Source: the human T2T-CHM13v2.0 reference genome, Homo sapiens. From it: a DNA stretch of 64,000 nt. Both the position numbers and the translations under genes were made by a program. Below the pieces are notes generated by a model. The model saw only the letters and a program-made list of their open reading frames with translations, was not told where the DNA came from and did no database searches. Positions within the stretch are counted from its first letter, which is position 1. Each line of letters begins with the position of its first letter. Below are positions 1 through 21,846 of the stretch, one piece after another. The stretch is from the NCBI RefSeq assembly GCF_009914755.1, contig NC_060933.1. One strand, given 5' to 3'.

Positions 1-5618
<5,618 letters not shown>

Positions 5619-5919
5619 GGAGTGCCTAACTTGGGGGTTGTTGTAATGTTCGCTTAACAAACACACAGTCTTTTGGGCATCTAAATCACAGCACAGAGGC
5701 TCTGGGGCATGGGATCTAGTGACCTCATACAGTGGTTGAGATAATCAGAATATAGACAGTATCAAACATATCTAATTACTTTACAAATTTCTTCTTGAAT
5801 AATGTGAGTAGAGCATTATCCAGTAGCTATCTGAGAAACCCCAAAGACCTTTAGATACGAACAACATTTAACAGCTTTATTCCCATGAATTCATAACTTA
5901 AATTTATAAAACAAAAACA

Positions 5920-6010
5920 ACAAAAAGAAAGAAGAATGGGAGACAGGAAGAAAAAGAAGAGAAGAGAAAAGAAAAGAAGAAAAGAAAACAAAAGAAAAGA
6001 AAAAAGGAAG
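5920..6010 (+). repeat. (GAAAA)n-like purine-rich simple repeat
   Basis: gaaaagaagaaaagaaaac... Confidence 0.8.
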
Positions 6011-7847
6011 ACCCAGAATTTTAGAGAAAACTAGAAATTACAGCAAAAGTTAGACATTAGTTTCGGATACCTATTATAGGCGATGATACTTTAAACAAAC
6101 AAAGCAAGAGGAAGTCTTAGAAGTGAGAAACCTTTGCCATAAATGATTGAAGATCCTGACCAAAACACACAACTTATATTTGAAGACCAAAATTTCGAAA
6201 TGATTTTTATAAGCTGTTAATCTTGATATAATTATATATATACATATACGTGTGTGTGTGTTAAACATACTCAAATAGGTGATAAATTTAAACTTTTTAA
6301 CTCTAATTTTGAAATAATTACCTTTACTAACAAATAATGGGTAAATATATTATCTTTAATTTACCAACTTAATAACCTGCACACTTTTTAAATCAGACAA
6401 CATATATTCATTATCAAGTGTACATATTCTCTTTTCCCTGTACATATTCCTCTTGAGGGATGATATATCCGAAATAGTGCCTCACTGTGGAAATAGTTTC
6501 TGCCTTCTGAAACACAACTTGAGGATATAACAGAATTTCCAGCAGGGAGGTATAGTTTGAAAAGATTCCAGAAACGATTCTGATACCACACTCACTGTTG
6601 CGAATCAATGACAATATGTCACTTCCATTTGAGAAATTAAATAGTAAATGATGTTTATTACTCCCTAGATTTTAATGTAAAGTTTAATAGTTCAGTTTAG
6701 TTTTATACATATTTTGTCCTAAGCAGTTTACAGATCAATATTTTTAAAAGTTTCTACTTTTTATTAATTTCATTAAAGTCCTTTAGATAAAGTTAGACTT
6801 CCTGGAATCCTTATGTTTGGCAATGAATTTCCAGATTGATTCAGGTTTATAAGGACAAATACATGTGACACTACAGAAGTGTGAGGGAGTAGGACTTACA
6901 TGCTTTTTCTAGGGCCTCAGTTGATCAGAAGTGGACAGCAGCTGTTCTATCAAAAACTCAAATGGGGTTGTGGGGATTTGCCACCTCAACCTCTTTCCCA
7001 GAGCATATTAGGAGGACACAGATAAAAGGATTCAATAAACGCATTGGCAAATTATAATGTGAAAAGTCACCACTGTGGGGTATTATTTGCTATGTAGCTA
7101 ATCCCTCTGGGGACTCTCTGAGACAGCCCATGGAACGTGTCTCAGAATCTTCCTGTCCACTGATTGCTATCCCGCATTTGTTGGATGTCGCCTCCAGGGA
7201 CATTGTCCCCTCTTCCTGCCACACACATGTAATTCTGGGTTGTTTTTGCATGTGTCCAATCTTCGATGCAAAACTCTTCCCTGGGAACAGTGACAAGGCA
7301 GACTCTTGAGATGGAAATCTGTCAACCTTACTAGAACTTTCTGTTGAACTCAGGAACACTGGGGAACACTGAGGCATCAATACCATATGCTTTGACATGG
7401 TTTTAATACTCTTTCCATTTTAGGTTTTTTTTTTTGTCTTAAATCTGAATGCAGTCATGTTTTTCAAGTTTTATCCTATAGAAAGAACTGCCTTCCTATG
7501 AAACCACAGCGATTAAAGACATAAAGCTGCAGATTTCATTGCGATAGAAAACCCTACTTTCCTGCCTGTTGGCGGAACACTTATTAGGAGTTTGCAGAAG
7601 CAAAGTGCAATTATTCTCCATGATGCCAGGACCTACATTATTCATTAACGTAGAACAAAACTCAGATATATTATTAAGTGTCCCAGATTATTCATTTGTG
7701 AGCAGACTACCAATTGTCTTTCCAAATGAATTTTCTTTGTTCTCAGTACTTTTGATCATATTCAAAATCTCAAAGCTTTCAAAATTTTCAAAATGGGCTC
7801 TCAAAATAGAAAATGTGATCTAGTGAAGCTGACTGTATTTACAGTTT

Positions 7848-8560
7848 GTTATGAGCCGAATGCTGTGTCCCTCTAAAACTCCTAAGTTGAAACCCTAGCC
7901 ACTAATATGATGGTATTTGGCGATGGGGCCTCTGACAGGTCATGAGGTTTAGGTTAGATCCTGGAAGGAGGCCCTCATGAGGAGATTAGTGTCCTCATAG
8001 GACGAGGAGCCAGAGATCTTCTTATCGCTCGCCATCCCCCACACACTCAGGGAAGGCCACGTGACGCCCAATGGGAAGGAGGCTGACCACAAGCGAGGGG
8101 CCAGGCCTGATCATGAACTAGCACCTTGATTGTAGGCTTCTCTGCCTCCAGAACTGTGAGATATAAATGTCTGTGGTTAAAGCCATCCAATCTATGCTAT
8201 TTTTTCTTTTTCTTTTTCTTTTTTTTTTTTTTGAGACATAGTTTTGCTCTGTCATCCAGGCTGGAGTGCAGTGGTGCGACCTCAGCTCACTGTAAGCTCC
8301 GCCTCCCAGGTTCACGCCATTCTCCTGCCTCAGCCTCCTGAGTAGCTGGGACTACAGGTGCCCGCCACCACGCCTGGCTAATTTTTTTTGTATTTTTTTT
8401 AGTAGAGACCGGGTTTCACCGTGTTAGCCAGGATGGTCTTGATCTCCTGACCTCGTGATCTGCCCGCCAGGGCCTCCAAAAGTGCTGGGATTACAGGTGT
8501 GAGCCACGGCGTCCGGCCCAATCTATGCTATTTTATTACAGCAGCCTGAGCTGACTGGCT
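7848..8560 (+). mobile_element. MaLR LTR (MLT1-like) split by an Alu
   Basis: Start tgttatgagccgaatg..gtccc, internal ccagaactgtgagatataaatgtctgtggttaaagcca, end ttattacagcagcctgagctgac. Confidence 0.75.
8204..8518 (-). mobile_element. AluY-like
   Basis: Full Alu; TSD caatctatgctatttt. Confidence 0.93.
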
Positions 8561-10113
8561 GTTATTATTGGTAGTTACTGATAGTTATCTACTTGCATGT
8601 CCAAAGGAAACAACGCAGCTACCAATTTTTTGGTGATATTCTTCAAATGCTAGCAGGAGACTTGATTGATTCTGGAATGTGTAATGAGCTTGACAGAGGT
8701 ACCACTAAGAATCCTTTTATCTGTTTACAATTCACAATCCTGCGATGCCACTTGCAGAGAAAAATGCTGATCAAGGTTTCGTGGATGAGATGTTGCTTCT
8801 CAGGGTAGCCATATCATCACACTATTAGAGACTACAGACCCCTAGAACTTGGCCTTTTGAGGTATAGGACCAGGAGAAGGGGTTGAAGTAGATGCAGGTT
8901 TTCTAAGAGCATAGGATCAATTGATCAATTTTCATTTGAAAAGGGCTGAGAGGTCAGCTTGTAGAAAATAAAGACCAAGAGGGAGAAGCAGCAAAGAGCT
9001 ACATATTAGTAGGAGGTCAGCTTAAGAGCTAAGAGGGAGCAACCTCAGGGCCTTATGGCAATTAAAGATATTGAATATCAAGGAATTAGAAGGATTTAAA
9101 GAATTATGACTGAGAGTCTTCTATTGTATTCACTTTGACACAGTTCATAAGTCTTATGGACTTTTTACTTGCCTTTGTTGGCTGGGTTTCATTTTTTAAA
9201 ATTGCAGTTCTACAGAGATACTTAGCCATGAGGCAAGACAATTATATTTGTGCTACTCAATTAAATTGTGTTACATCTTAATGTCAGAGTCTATGCTCTA
9301 TAAATTCTACCAGTAATTTTAGATTTTATGGTCTGCTTCCTAGCATCAGGATGAACCCCTATGGCAACCCTATTCTTATCCATTGGAGCAAAATGATAAC
9401 TTAATTGTATAATATATCAAAAAAGTGTTTTGTAGTATTTCACTAGTTCTTTGCCTTTGTCTCGTAATTGGCTAATTGAAATTGGGATTAAATAACTTTA
9501 ATTTTCACATGGCTACAGTTGTAAACAGAGTCATTTTTTCCCATAATACATCAACATTTGGCAAATAATTTCATCTCCTGGGTCTTATGGCAGAATTTTC
9601 AGAACATCCTTAAAAACTGTGAATGAAATGACTTGGCAATTGAATGCTGAATGAAAAAGAAATACTTAAAACAATTTAGTCTACTTTTAATCATTTTCAT
9701 TAAAAAAACTTTGTTAATCATAAAGTAAGTTTCCCAGTTTATGCTATTAATTCTCCATTGTTTTCAGATAAAGCACTTGTAAACTGTTGAACATTTTTAT
9801 GAAGTGTTATATCACAAATTGGGGCTATTGCATAAATGTTATGTTATTCTAGCCCACCTAAAATATAACTTCTTTCTGCACTCTACTCTTCTTCAAGTTG
9901 TCTTATGATATCCAAAATTTGCACCATCATTTTTTCACTCAGGAAAATACTTTTGGACAATTAAATTATATGTATTTAACACAGTGTTAAATGATTTATG
10001 GTATTTCTTAATATCTGAATATTTTTGCTGAACCACTGAGCTTATTTGGCATAAATTATGTCAAGCATTAAGAAAATAATAAGTTATCCTATAGAGAAAT
10101 TTTATGTGTTTAG

Positions 10114-10415
<302 letters not shown>

Positions 10416-10509
10416 TTGTATTTTGAATTATTTTTGTGGAATAATACTCTGTAGATTCCCTTGGCTGTCATTATCCCAATAACCAAAAATAATATCTCTA
10501 TCACAGGCA

Positions 10510-11225
10510 ATAGTGCATATTGGCTAAGAGATTGGGCGCTGGAGTCAGACAAGAGCCAGACTGCCTGAGTTCAAATTCCAGCTCAGTCATTTATTAAGTG
10601 AATGTGTAACCACACAAAACCAGTCTGGTTCTTCAACTTTTATGTAAAAAAGTTATGAATAGTTTTTCAGTTGCCATGGACTCCCAGGCTGAAGGTCCCA
10701 TAACCTGAACATGCCCAAATGAACCAAACTTGCAATGATGGGCGGAACTTAAGTGCTCAGCCCAAGAAGTGGGACTGAATTAAAAAGGGGACACTGCATG
10801 GCAAGATCCAGGATCCAATCAAATGGAGCCCTTGTGGTACCCCATGGCAGGATTCAGTCAGATCATGCCTCCCAGCATCATCTCATCACAAGACCCAATC
10901 AGATAACACTTCATTACCCTATTCCTATAAAACCCAACTCAGCCCCCAGCTCAGGGAGACAGATTTGAGCATTTTCTCCTGTCTCCTTGCCAGTCAACCA
11001 GCAATACAGCTTCTCTTTTCTCAAGCCTGTGCCATGGTATTGGCCTCTATGCACATTGGGTAGCAAGCCCATTGATTGTTTGATTACAAATGACCCTAGG
11101 GAAGTTATTTAAACTAATTCTGCTTCAGTCTCTTCATTTATAAAATGGGAATATTAGGAACTCACTTCACAAAGTTGCTGTGAGGATTCAGTGACTTAAT
11201 CTATGCAAATCATTTAAGACAATTC
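10510..11225 (+). mobile_element. MIR interrupted by an LTR
   Basis: ctggagtcagac...gagttcaaattccagctc before the LTR; gcttcagtctcttcatttataaaatggga after it. Confidence 0.7.
10605..11088 (+). mobile_element. Solo ERVL-class LTR (LTR47/MER73-like, subfamily uncertain)
   Basis: TG...CA ends (tgtaac...ttaca), aatg on both flanks, TATA-like cctataaaa at ~10925. Confidence 0.65.
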
Positions 11226-11817
11226 CCGAGATTTTATGATTACCATATAAAGATATCCAAAGACTATTATTTCCAATTATATTTGTTCCAAAGGGTAGAT
11301 TTCTTCCTCTAAATTTCCACATTTCTATTAGATATTTGCCAAAAACGGGGACATATTAATGTTTTATTAATGCATGCATTTATCTATTTACTGAATGCTA
11401 TTTAAATGTGGTACACCACTGTCTAGATGTTAGCAATTTAGAGAAAGTAAAATCCAGTCCCTTTCCACTGGATTATGATAAGGGGACTATCATAGTGGGT
11501 ATAATTTGAAGACAAGGAGGACCCTAGTAGAAGATGGCAAATCAGAAAACTTTACTTTGGTGGTAGCAGAATTTAAAACATCCTTCATTCTTAGTTGAGA
11601 TGATAAATTATTAGTCTCAGCTCTTCTTTAAAATAACTATATATAATTAATAATAAGCTGAAATTAGCAGTTATATTTCAAATATTCCATGTACCTTCAT
11701 TTATACTAATTTCACCTCAAAACTGGGGTTTGGTGTTATTATTTTACATTGCAAATGGCATTAAGAATCCAATGCTGTGTTAAGTATAGCATCTGCCGGA
11801 TAAAAATATTAGGACAA

Positions 11818-12127
11818 GGCCGGGCACGTTGGCTCACGCCTGTAATCCCAGCACTTTGGGAGGCCAAGGCTGGTGGATCACGAGGTCAGGAGATCGAGAC
11901 CATCCTGGCTAACATGGTGAAATCCCATCTCTACTATAAATACAAAAAATTAGCTGGGCGTGGCAGCGGGCACCTGTAGTCCCAGCTACTCGGGAGGCTG
12001 AGGCAGGAGAATGGCATGAACCCGGGAGGCAGAGCTTGCAGTGAGCCAAGATCAGGCAGGCCACTGCACTCCAGCCTGGGTGACAGAACAAGACTCCGTC
12101 TCAAAAAAAAAAAAAAAAAAAAAAAAA
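11818..12127 (+). mobile_element. AluY-like
   Basis: Full Alu, long A-tail, TSD attaggacaa. Confidence 0.93.
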
Positions 12128-13984
12128 TTAGGACAAAAGAAGTTCATTAGTCTTAAGAACTAATTCAGGATATTTATTATATATTCTACAGACTATGGAC
12201 CTATTTATTAATGTATTTTTATAATATAATGTAAAGTGTCCTACATAAAGCGCTCATTTTGACAAAGATATTTCTTTTCTCCACGTGTTCAATTTGCCAG
12301 ACAAGCAATATACTGTGTAAGATGTAAGAAAAAGTCCCACATTTTCAAAATTATGGTAATTAAAAAAGTTATTGGATGAAAGAGTCTATCCTTTACCAAA
12401 TAAAGGCAAAGACATGAAGTGGTTCTGCTAATTTCCCCATTGTCTAAATTTATAGTCTTTAATTCCTTATTTTAATAATATTATTTTATTTCTAAGTCAT
12501 TTTGATTTAATAACATTCAGGTTTTAATGATTTCAATTATTTTAGAACTGACTACTCAAATATTTAAAATTAATTATTATGAATGATTAATACTAAGACT
12601 TTCAATAATCTGAATAATCACACATAGAGGGTCATTAATTATAACACAAAGAAATGTACTTCTGAGCAAAATCTAAAATATTGCCTAAGACTTTAAGTTT
12701 ATTTTTATTATCTTATATAATTGATGACAACTAGAATGATTTTTCTTTTTGGATTACTGGCAGGACATAGCTGTGTAGTGATCTCAGTAATGATTATATA
12801 TAATAACCCTTAAAATTACCAAGCACATATGTAGAACTTCTTACATATTTTAAATTACACCTACTTACTGGGAATGACATACTTTCACCAAATCTCATAA
12901 TCATATGCTAAACAAATCTCAAAGGAACCTTGGAGGGCTTCTGATTCATTATCTCTTTCTGGGTTACATTTGTCCTAAATCATGTTATTTCCTTTATTCC
13001 TGTAAAATGAGTTAATGTAATAGTGAACAACAACTTCCTGGCCAGGTAATTCTTTCTTATGTTTAGTCCAAATTCCTCCCCATAAAACATATGTACGTCT
13101 AATTTTTCCTCTGTCCATGGAAACTGAGAACAGTTGCCTAGAATAGACATGACTCTCATGAATAAGACACATTTTACTGCATGTTACAAGACATTTTTGA
13201 AAGTTTGAAATTATGAAGTCCCTACTTAGGGCTTAAGTCATTAAGGGCCACAAACACTAATAAAATTATTTTCCTTAAACTCTTCTCATTTTCTATCATA
13301 TGTTATTTAAAGTGTTATCCAAAAAAAAAAAGAGAAGAAGAAGAAGCCTAACAAACGCGCCAAAGTTAAATCAGTATCTTTGCCAATTTTCTAACTGTAG
13401 AAGTTTGGAGCCTTAGGCCAGTGCTGGACCTGGCTGCTGGGTCATCCACACGCACCTGGAAGGGAACAGGAATACACTCACAGGAATACACTCTCCAGTG
13501 CACACGAGCTCTGCTTTCCGACAGTTCACTGAAGACATGCACCGGTCACATCATCACATCAGTCATCAAATTGAGACAACCATGCTGATGAAAAAGAACG
13601 ATGATCTGTAGGATGGTTTTATGAAAGAGCCAGATTTGGAAGGCTAAGGAAAGGTGCCTCAAGACAGTGTCTCTTAAGTTGAGATCAGAAGGAAGAGGAG
13701 GCTTTAATTAGTATAAAAGAGGTGAATGGAGCAGGGTAGGATAGAGAGTTTTAAAGAGAAAAGTCAGCAGAGCCACGTCCTTATGGTGAGAGGGAGCGGG
13801 GAACAAGGAAGACTTAAAACAAGGTACATAAAAGAACTAGAACAGGAGCGCAGTCTTCTGTGTTCTTTGGCTTCACTGGCTAAGAATAGCTAAAGTGGTT
13901 ACTCTGAGTTGGGGGATGTATAGATGCTCCTAATAGCCAAGAGTTTAATTGTACATTGGAAATCAGAAACTATAAAAAGATGTT

Positions 13985-14233
<249 letters not shown>

Positions 14234-15244
14234 TCAGATACCATATAAAAAAGCTGGGATTTTGCTAAATTCAAAAAGAAATTACATACACCCTATATTA
14301 CAAATACTAAAAACTAGTCATCAGCTAGCCATCTATTGTTGCAACATGTCTTTGAATAATATATGTGTTTTCATTATATTTCTAAATTAGGCAATTTGTT
14401 TTGTTATTTCAAATCACTGGGTTTCGTGTTTCAATTGCTTAACTAATCAACCCAGAAGATCCATTGTGGAGTCCATTTTTCACAGCAAATCTAAATTCTT
14501 TTTCCACACAACCATTCTTGTCCATCCTGATGCAATTCCTCTAGACATAATCACAGCGGAGAAGTGCAGAGCACACCCTGCCAAGGGGCATCTACTGAAG
14601 AGATACTGACAATGGCAATTTAAAGATACTTGTTATTTCCAAAGTTGAGAGAAAGAGCCTTGTAAAAATGTGTATCTCTTTGCTGTAAGGATGCTTATTT
14701 AGAATTAACTACAGTAGTTGTCTATTTATCCAGCATGTTGATTTCAAAGCCCAGTTCTTTTTATTGAGCTACTTTGGAATTAAAATTTTTTATAATATTT
14801 ACATATAGGATTAGGTTTCTAAGCCAATTCCATCTAACTGCTAGTAAATTTATTTTGTATATAGCACAAAGAATTGAATTCAATCCCAAATTCTCTCCAG
14901 CATACTAACCAAATTTAAATAAACATATGTGATGAGCTAGCAATGGTATTTCTGAATTTTCATATTTTTATTTTCCTTGGCTTACATTTTCCATATATCA
15001 AAGTCTCTTTTGAAAATTAAACTATATAATATAACCTCAATTTTAAAACATCAATGATAAGCTGGATTTAATCAACTCAGAACCCAGTGAGGGAAAACAT
15101 GTTTTACTTGCTTTTATTTTTAATCAAACAGAAGTTGTATTTTGTTGTCATTGCAACATATCAGCGAATAAGCGATCTTGGAGAGCTAGGAGCAAGTTTA
15201 AATGTGTACATCTATGGGCAAAAGAACAGCTTAAACTACTGTGA

Positions 15245-16072
<828 letters not shown>

Positions 16073-16084
16073 GAAAAAGGCCTA

Positions 16085-16812
16085 TTTTATGTCTGTTATT
16101 TCCATCTTTATGTCCATGTGTATTCTTTGTTTAGGTCCCACTTGTAAGTGGGAACATGCAGTATTTAATTTTCTGAGTTACTTCACTTAGAATAATGGCT
16201 TTCAGCTCCATCCATGTTGCTGAAAAGGACATGATTTTATTCTTTTTATGGCTGCATAGTATTCCATAGTGTATATTTACCACAAGTTTTCTTTATCCAA
16301 GCAACACTTAGATTGATTCCATGACTTTGCTATTGTGAATAGTGCCGCAATAAACATACAAGTGTGGGCGTCTTTTTAATATAATGATTTCTTTTCCTTT
16401 GGGTAGATGCCCAGTAGTGGGACTGCTGGGTCGAACGGTAGTTCCATTTTTAGTTCTTAGAGAAATCTCCATACTGTTTTCCTTAGAGTTTTTACTAATT
16501 TATAGTTCCACCAACAGTGTATAAGAGTTCCTTTGTCTCCACATCCTTGCCAACATCTGTTGTTTATGACTTCTTAGTAATAGCCATCTTGACTAGTGTA
16601 ATATGATATCTCATTTTGGTTTTGATTTGCATTTCTCCGATGATTCGTGATACTGAGCATTTTTTTAATAAAGAACTCAAACAACTCAGTAAGAAAAAAA
16701 ATCCCATTAAAAACTGGGCAAAGGACATGAACAGATGTTTCTCAAAAGAAGACATATAAGCATAAAATAAAAAGAAGACATATATGACATAAAATGCTTA
16801 ACATCACTAACC
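16085..16812 (-). mobile_element. L1 3' fragment with inverted segment
   Basis: 16085-16662 is antisense L1 ORF2 end/3' UTR; 16665-16812 is sense L1 (aaactgggcaaaggacatgaacaga). Confidence 0.8.
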
Positions 16813-18110
16813 AATTTGGGTTTTGGTTAATTGGATTTAGTGAGGGTCTGAAGGTACAGGTAGACATGGAGAAATGTTGAATAATATCATTTAGTGCAAA
16901 AACTATTTGGAAAGAACATAAGAATTGATGAATTTTTTTGCAATAGATCTGTCTAAATTCCTTGGAAAATTACAAGTGGTGAAGATTAATACATGTGCTA
17001 TTATTGTTGTTTTTCATTAACTGTTTGCTATGGAATCATTGAAGAAAGTGATAGACATGTTAGAAAGACAGATTTCTTTAGAGTGGTATATACTCATATT
17101 TCTTTAGGGTGGGCAAATTAAAATCACTGATCTGATTGTGGCATATATAACTACGGTCTTGCATCCTTTTGGCCTGAAATATTCTCCTTCTAACTGAGAA
17201 GTATGTGAAGAGAGAAAGCATTCATTGCATATTCATCTGAGCAGCTTTCTAGAACTGATCCAGTCAGACTAGAAAAATTCTACCAAGCTCAAAAATCATC
17301 ACACAAAAAACAACCACTTAGAGTCTCTGGAAACTGTCCTAACAGAAAATGTTTTTGAAATGGCATTATATTCTGTTGGACCTAATTAAATCCTTTTCTC
17401 TCTTCGCATAGTAAGGACCCATAGTCCCTCCCTGGTGACACTTCCTACTTCAGCTTTCCCTTGTTCTCAGTTTTAGGTGCACCCTACCTCAAGTTCTTAC
17501 TGCTTCTGCTCGTGGGACTATAACAAACACTACTTCTTTTACCTCAGTAGGACATCACAGCCCATTGCTTCCATGCATCCCAGGAGCTGGGAGAGACTTG
17601 GGCCTCTTCTGTCTGCTATTTTTTTTTTTAATATTGCTAATCTCAGGCTATGGTCTGAGAATCAAACAGCAAACATTTTTGCACTTCTATTTTCTAATAA
17701 ACTATCTGGATTCCTCCTAAAAGTTGGAACTGAGGTAGAGTTGACATCTAATTTCACAGCCATGTTGATACAAATGAAGCAAATCTTTACAATATTTCAA
17801 TATGTATAATTCCAAGGCACAATGAGCAAGGTATAGGAGTATGTCCCCTGTGTCTAGCTGTTTCTCCAGGCTTCTCCAGAATGATGGATGAAAATGTAAT
17901 TGGCAAGTCAAATGTCTACTGTGGAAGCCTACAGGAAAAGGGATGTGAAATGCTTGACGTGATGAGGGATGCAGAGTGTTCAGCACTTATTTACTGAGCA
18001 GCTCATCACCTGATTGTATAGTATACAATATATGAGAATTTATAGAACAGTGAACATGTAAACACATAGAACAAATAAACATATACAACATATAAACACT
18101 GTTTTTAACA

Positions 18111-18116
18111 TTTATT
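18111..18116 (-). terminator. Candidate distal poly(A) signal (AATAAA), ~9.2 kb 3' UTR
   Basis: Minus strand reads TGTATGT-AATAAA, then a GU/U-rich tract (GTGTTTATATGTTGTATATGTTTATTTGTT). Confidence 0.6.
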
Positions 18117-18374
18117 ACATACATAGAACATATAAGAATTTATAGAGCAATGAAAATACCACATTTTGACATTTGTATTGTACTGTGAAAGATTTATATG
18201 TATTTGTATAAAAAATAAATAAAGGTGATAATCTCTTGTGATTTCCCCAAAATACAGCATCCTTTTCATCTTTTTCCATTATGTAAATATGGTATGATAG
18301 AAATATAATATGCTGTGAAGTGATAGACATCATGACATATCAAAATGTATTATATATACACATATATATACATG

Positions 18375-20790
18375 TACATATTTATTGAAGTATAATTTAT
18401 ATACAAAATATACAAATTCCAAATATGAAATTCAGAGTTTTGACAAATGTCCACACCAATGTAACCATAGTCAATCAAGACATAGAACATTTCCATCACT
18501 CCAGAAACTTCCCTTGTGTTTCTCTGCAGTCAACTCCCATCCCACCTCAACCCAGGTAACTACTGATACAATTTCTACTGCTATATCTTAGTTTCGCTTG
18601 TTCTAGGACTTCAGAATGTACCCTATAGTGTCTAGATTTATTCATTCAACACAAGGTTTTTTAGATTCAGCCATGTTTGTTGCAGTTACCAGTAGTTTTG
18701 TCCATTTTATAGCTGAAGAGTATTTCATTATTAATACAACACAAATTGTTTGTCCATTTTCTTGTTGAAGGTCTTTTAGGCAGTTTACAGTTTGGGGATA
18801 TTATAAGTAAAGATGCTATAAACGTTCTTGTGTAAGTCTTATAATGGGCATAAGTTTTCATTTCTTTTCAATCTAGGATTGGAATTGTTGGGTCATAGGT
18901 TTCATGTATGCTTAATTATATAAAACAATGTTAAACAATTTTTCCTAAGTGGTTGTAGCATTTTACATTCCAACAATAATGTATGAGAATTATAATTGCT
19001 CCATATTCTCAACAACACGTGGTACTGACAATATTTTTAATCATAACCATTTTAGTGGGAAGAATAACTCACTGTGGTTTTAATTTGCATTTCCTTAATG
19101 ACAAAACGATATTGAACATTTTTGTGTGCTTTTTGTCCACTGGCCTAGCACTTTTCGTCATTTTTTCTTATATTCATTATTTTCATTTTATTTTTGCTAA
19201 TTATTGAGTTGTTAAGAGTTCTTTATGAACTATATTCTGAAAAAAATTTACAGCATTCAAATAAAGTGTTGCAAATATTTTCTCCCAGTCTGTAGCTTGA
19301 CTCTTATTCTCTTAACAATGTATTTTAAAAGGAGAGTTGTTAATCTTAAGGTCAAATTTATCAGATTTTTATTTTATATCTTGCTATTTGCTTTCTATTT
19401 GTCCCATTTGTTCTTTGTCCTCTTTCTCATCTTTTTTGTCTACTTTCAAGCATTTAAAAATTTATTCTATTTCATCGCTGCATTGTAATATTATTGTGTA
19501 ATATTGTAATATTATCACTGTTTTTGTTACTCTAGCATTTGCTTTAGGGATTACACCATACAGATGTTTTAACTTAAAGATAACTTGTAATAGCCAACTT
19601 TTAATAGGCATTATACGACTTTACACACAGTCTAAGAACCTTACAAACTAAACTATATTTCCATTTACTCTAGGTTATTGTTGTCATATATTTTACTTTT
19701 ACTCATGCTGCAGAACTCACATGACACTGCTATTATTTCTAAACAGCCAATTATCTTTAAAAGATATTTAAGTAATAAGGGCAGGTATTGTATATTTACT
19801 TATGGTGTTACTATTGCCAGTGCTCTTCATTTCTTTGTGTGGATCCATGTTTCTATCTGCACAAAGATATTATTCTTTATTTTCCTTCTTCCTGAAAGGC
19901 TTTTACACTGTTCTCATAGTCCAGGTTTGCTGATAATATATTACTTTTAACTTTTCTATGTCTGAAAAATATCTTTGTTTCATCCTTTCTTGAAAGACGG
20001 TTTTGCTGGGTATAGAAACCTAGGAGAGAGAGTTTTCTGCTTTTGGTTGGAAGATGTTTCACTGGAAGCATGAAAGATGTTGCTCCACTGCCCTTCCCCT
20101 TGCATTGCTTCCAAAAAGAAGTCTGGTATCATCCTTGTTTTTCTTCTCTGTGTAAGACTTGTCTTTTTCTCTTTACCACACTGAGTTTTGATCCATTTGC
20201 TTATGATGTGTTGTGATGTGGTTTTCTTAATAGCACCCCTACTTGGGGATGTTGAGCTGGGTCTGTGGGTTTATAGTTTGCATCAAATGTGGAAAATGCT
20301 TATGTATTAATTTTTAAAAATATTTTTTTCTATCCATCCACTCTCTTTTCTCCTTTGAGAACTCCAAATACACACAGATTAGGCAACTGAAGTTGTCCCA
20401 CAGATCACCGATACTCTGATTATTCTTTGTTTTTTTTCTGTCTCTGTTTCATTTTGGATGCTTTCTACTGCTATATATATTCAAGTTTATTAATATTTTC
20501 TTCTGAAAACTCTCATCTGCCATTAATTACATCCATTGTATTTTTTAATCTTATACATTAACATTGTCATCTCTCGAAGTTTAATTAAAGCCTTTTCTTG
20601 TCACATCCTAATCTTTGAAAATACGGAATATAGTCATAATATTTTTCATTAGTAATTCTAACATCTGGGTATGTGCTGGGTCATTTTAGATTGATTTTTA
20701 TCCTCATTATAGGTCCTATTTTTCTGCCTCTTCACACACTTGGTAATTTTTTATTGTATACCAGACATTGTGATTTTACCTCGTTGGGTG
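18375..20790 (-). mobile_element. Old L1M fragments
   Basis: L1M 3' end signature tttattgaagtataattt...; degenerate antisense L1 sequence. Confidence 0.7.
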
Positions 20791-20796
20791 TTGGAT

Positions 20797-21082
<286 letters not shown>

Positions 21083-21505
21083 TGGTGTTGGATAGTTTTA
21101 TGTTACTGGAAATACATGTGAACTTTGCTCAGAGATGCCAATTAGTTATTGGAAACGGTTTGATCTTTTTTTCCAAATCTTTGAAGATTTGTTCAGTGGG
21201 GCCGCCATAGTAATACATGGTCTAGGACTTGCCAGGACTGAGGCAAGACCCCTATGAATATTCTACCTAATGCCCTATTAATTATGGGGATTTCTGGTAT
21301 AGCCCATGGCAACCACCTCTATTCATGGTTGTATGTGAACATGCACTCTCAGTGAGAGTAATATTGTCCCCAAAACGACAGAAATTAGTTTTTTTGGGGG
21401 GGATGGGAGAAGTGAAGAGAAGAAAAATATTCTTTTTGTGTAAAGCCCAGATATACGTATAGTACTAAAGAGATATGCAGTGCATGTGCGATATTAAAAT
21501 TTCAG

Positions 21506-21846
<341 letters not shown>

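Noticed and set aside
7090-7398. 102-aa minus-strand ORF in unique sequence; considered as a pseudogene exon (e.g. vomeronasal receptor)
   Set aside because: No recognisable family motif in the frames I examined and no convincing splice context; a TBLASTN/BLASTX search would be needed.
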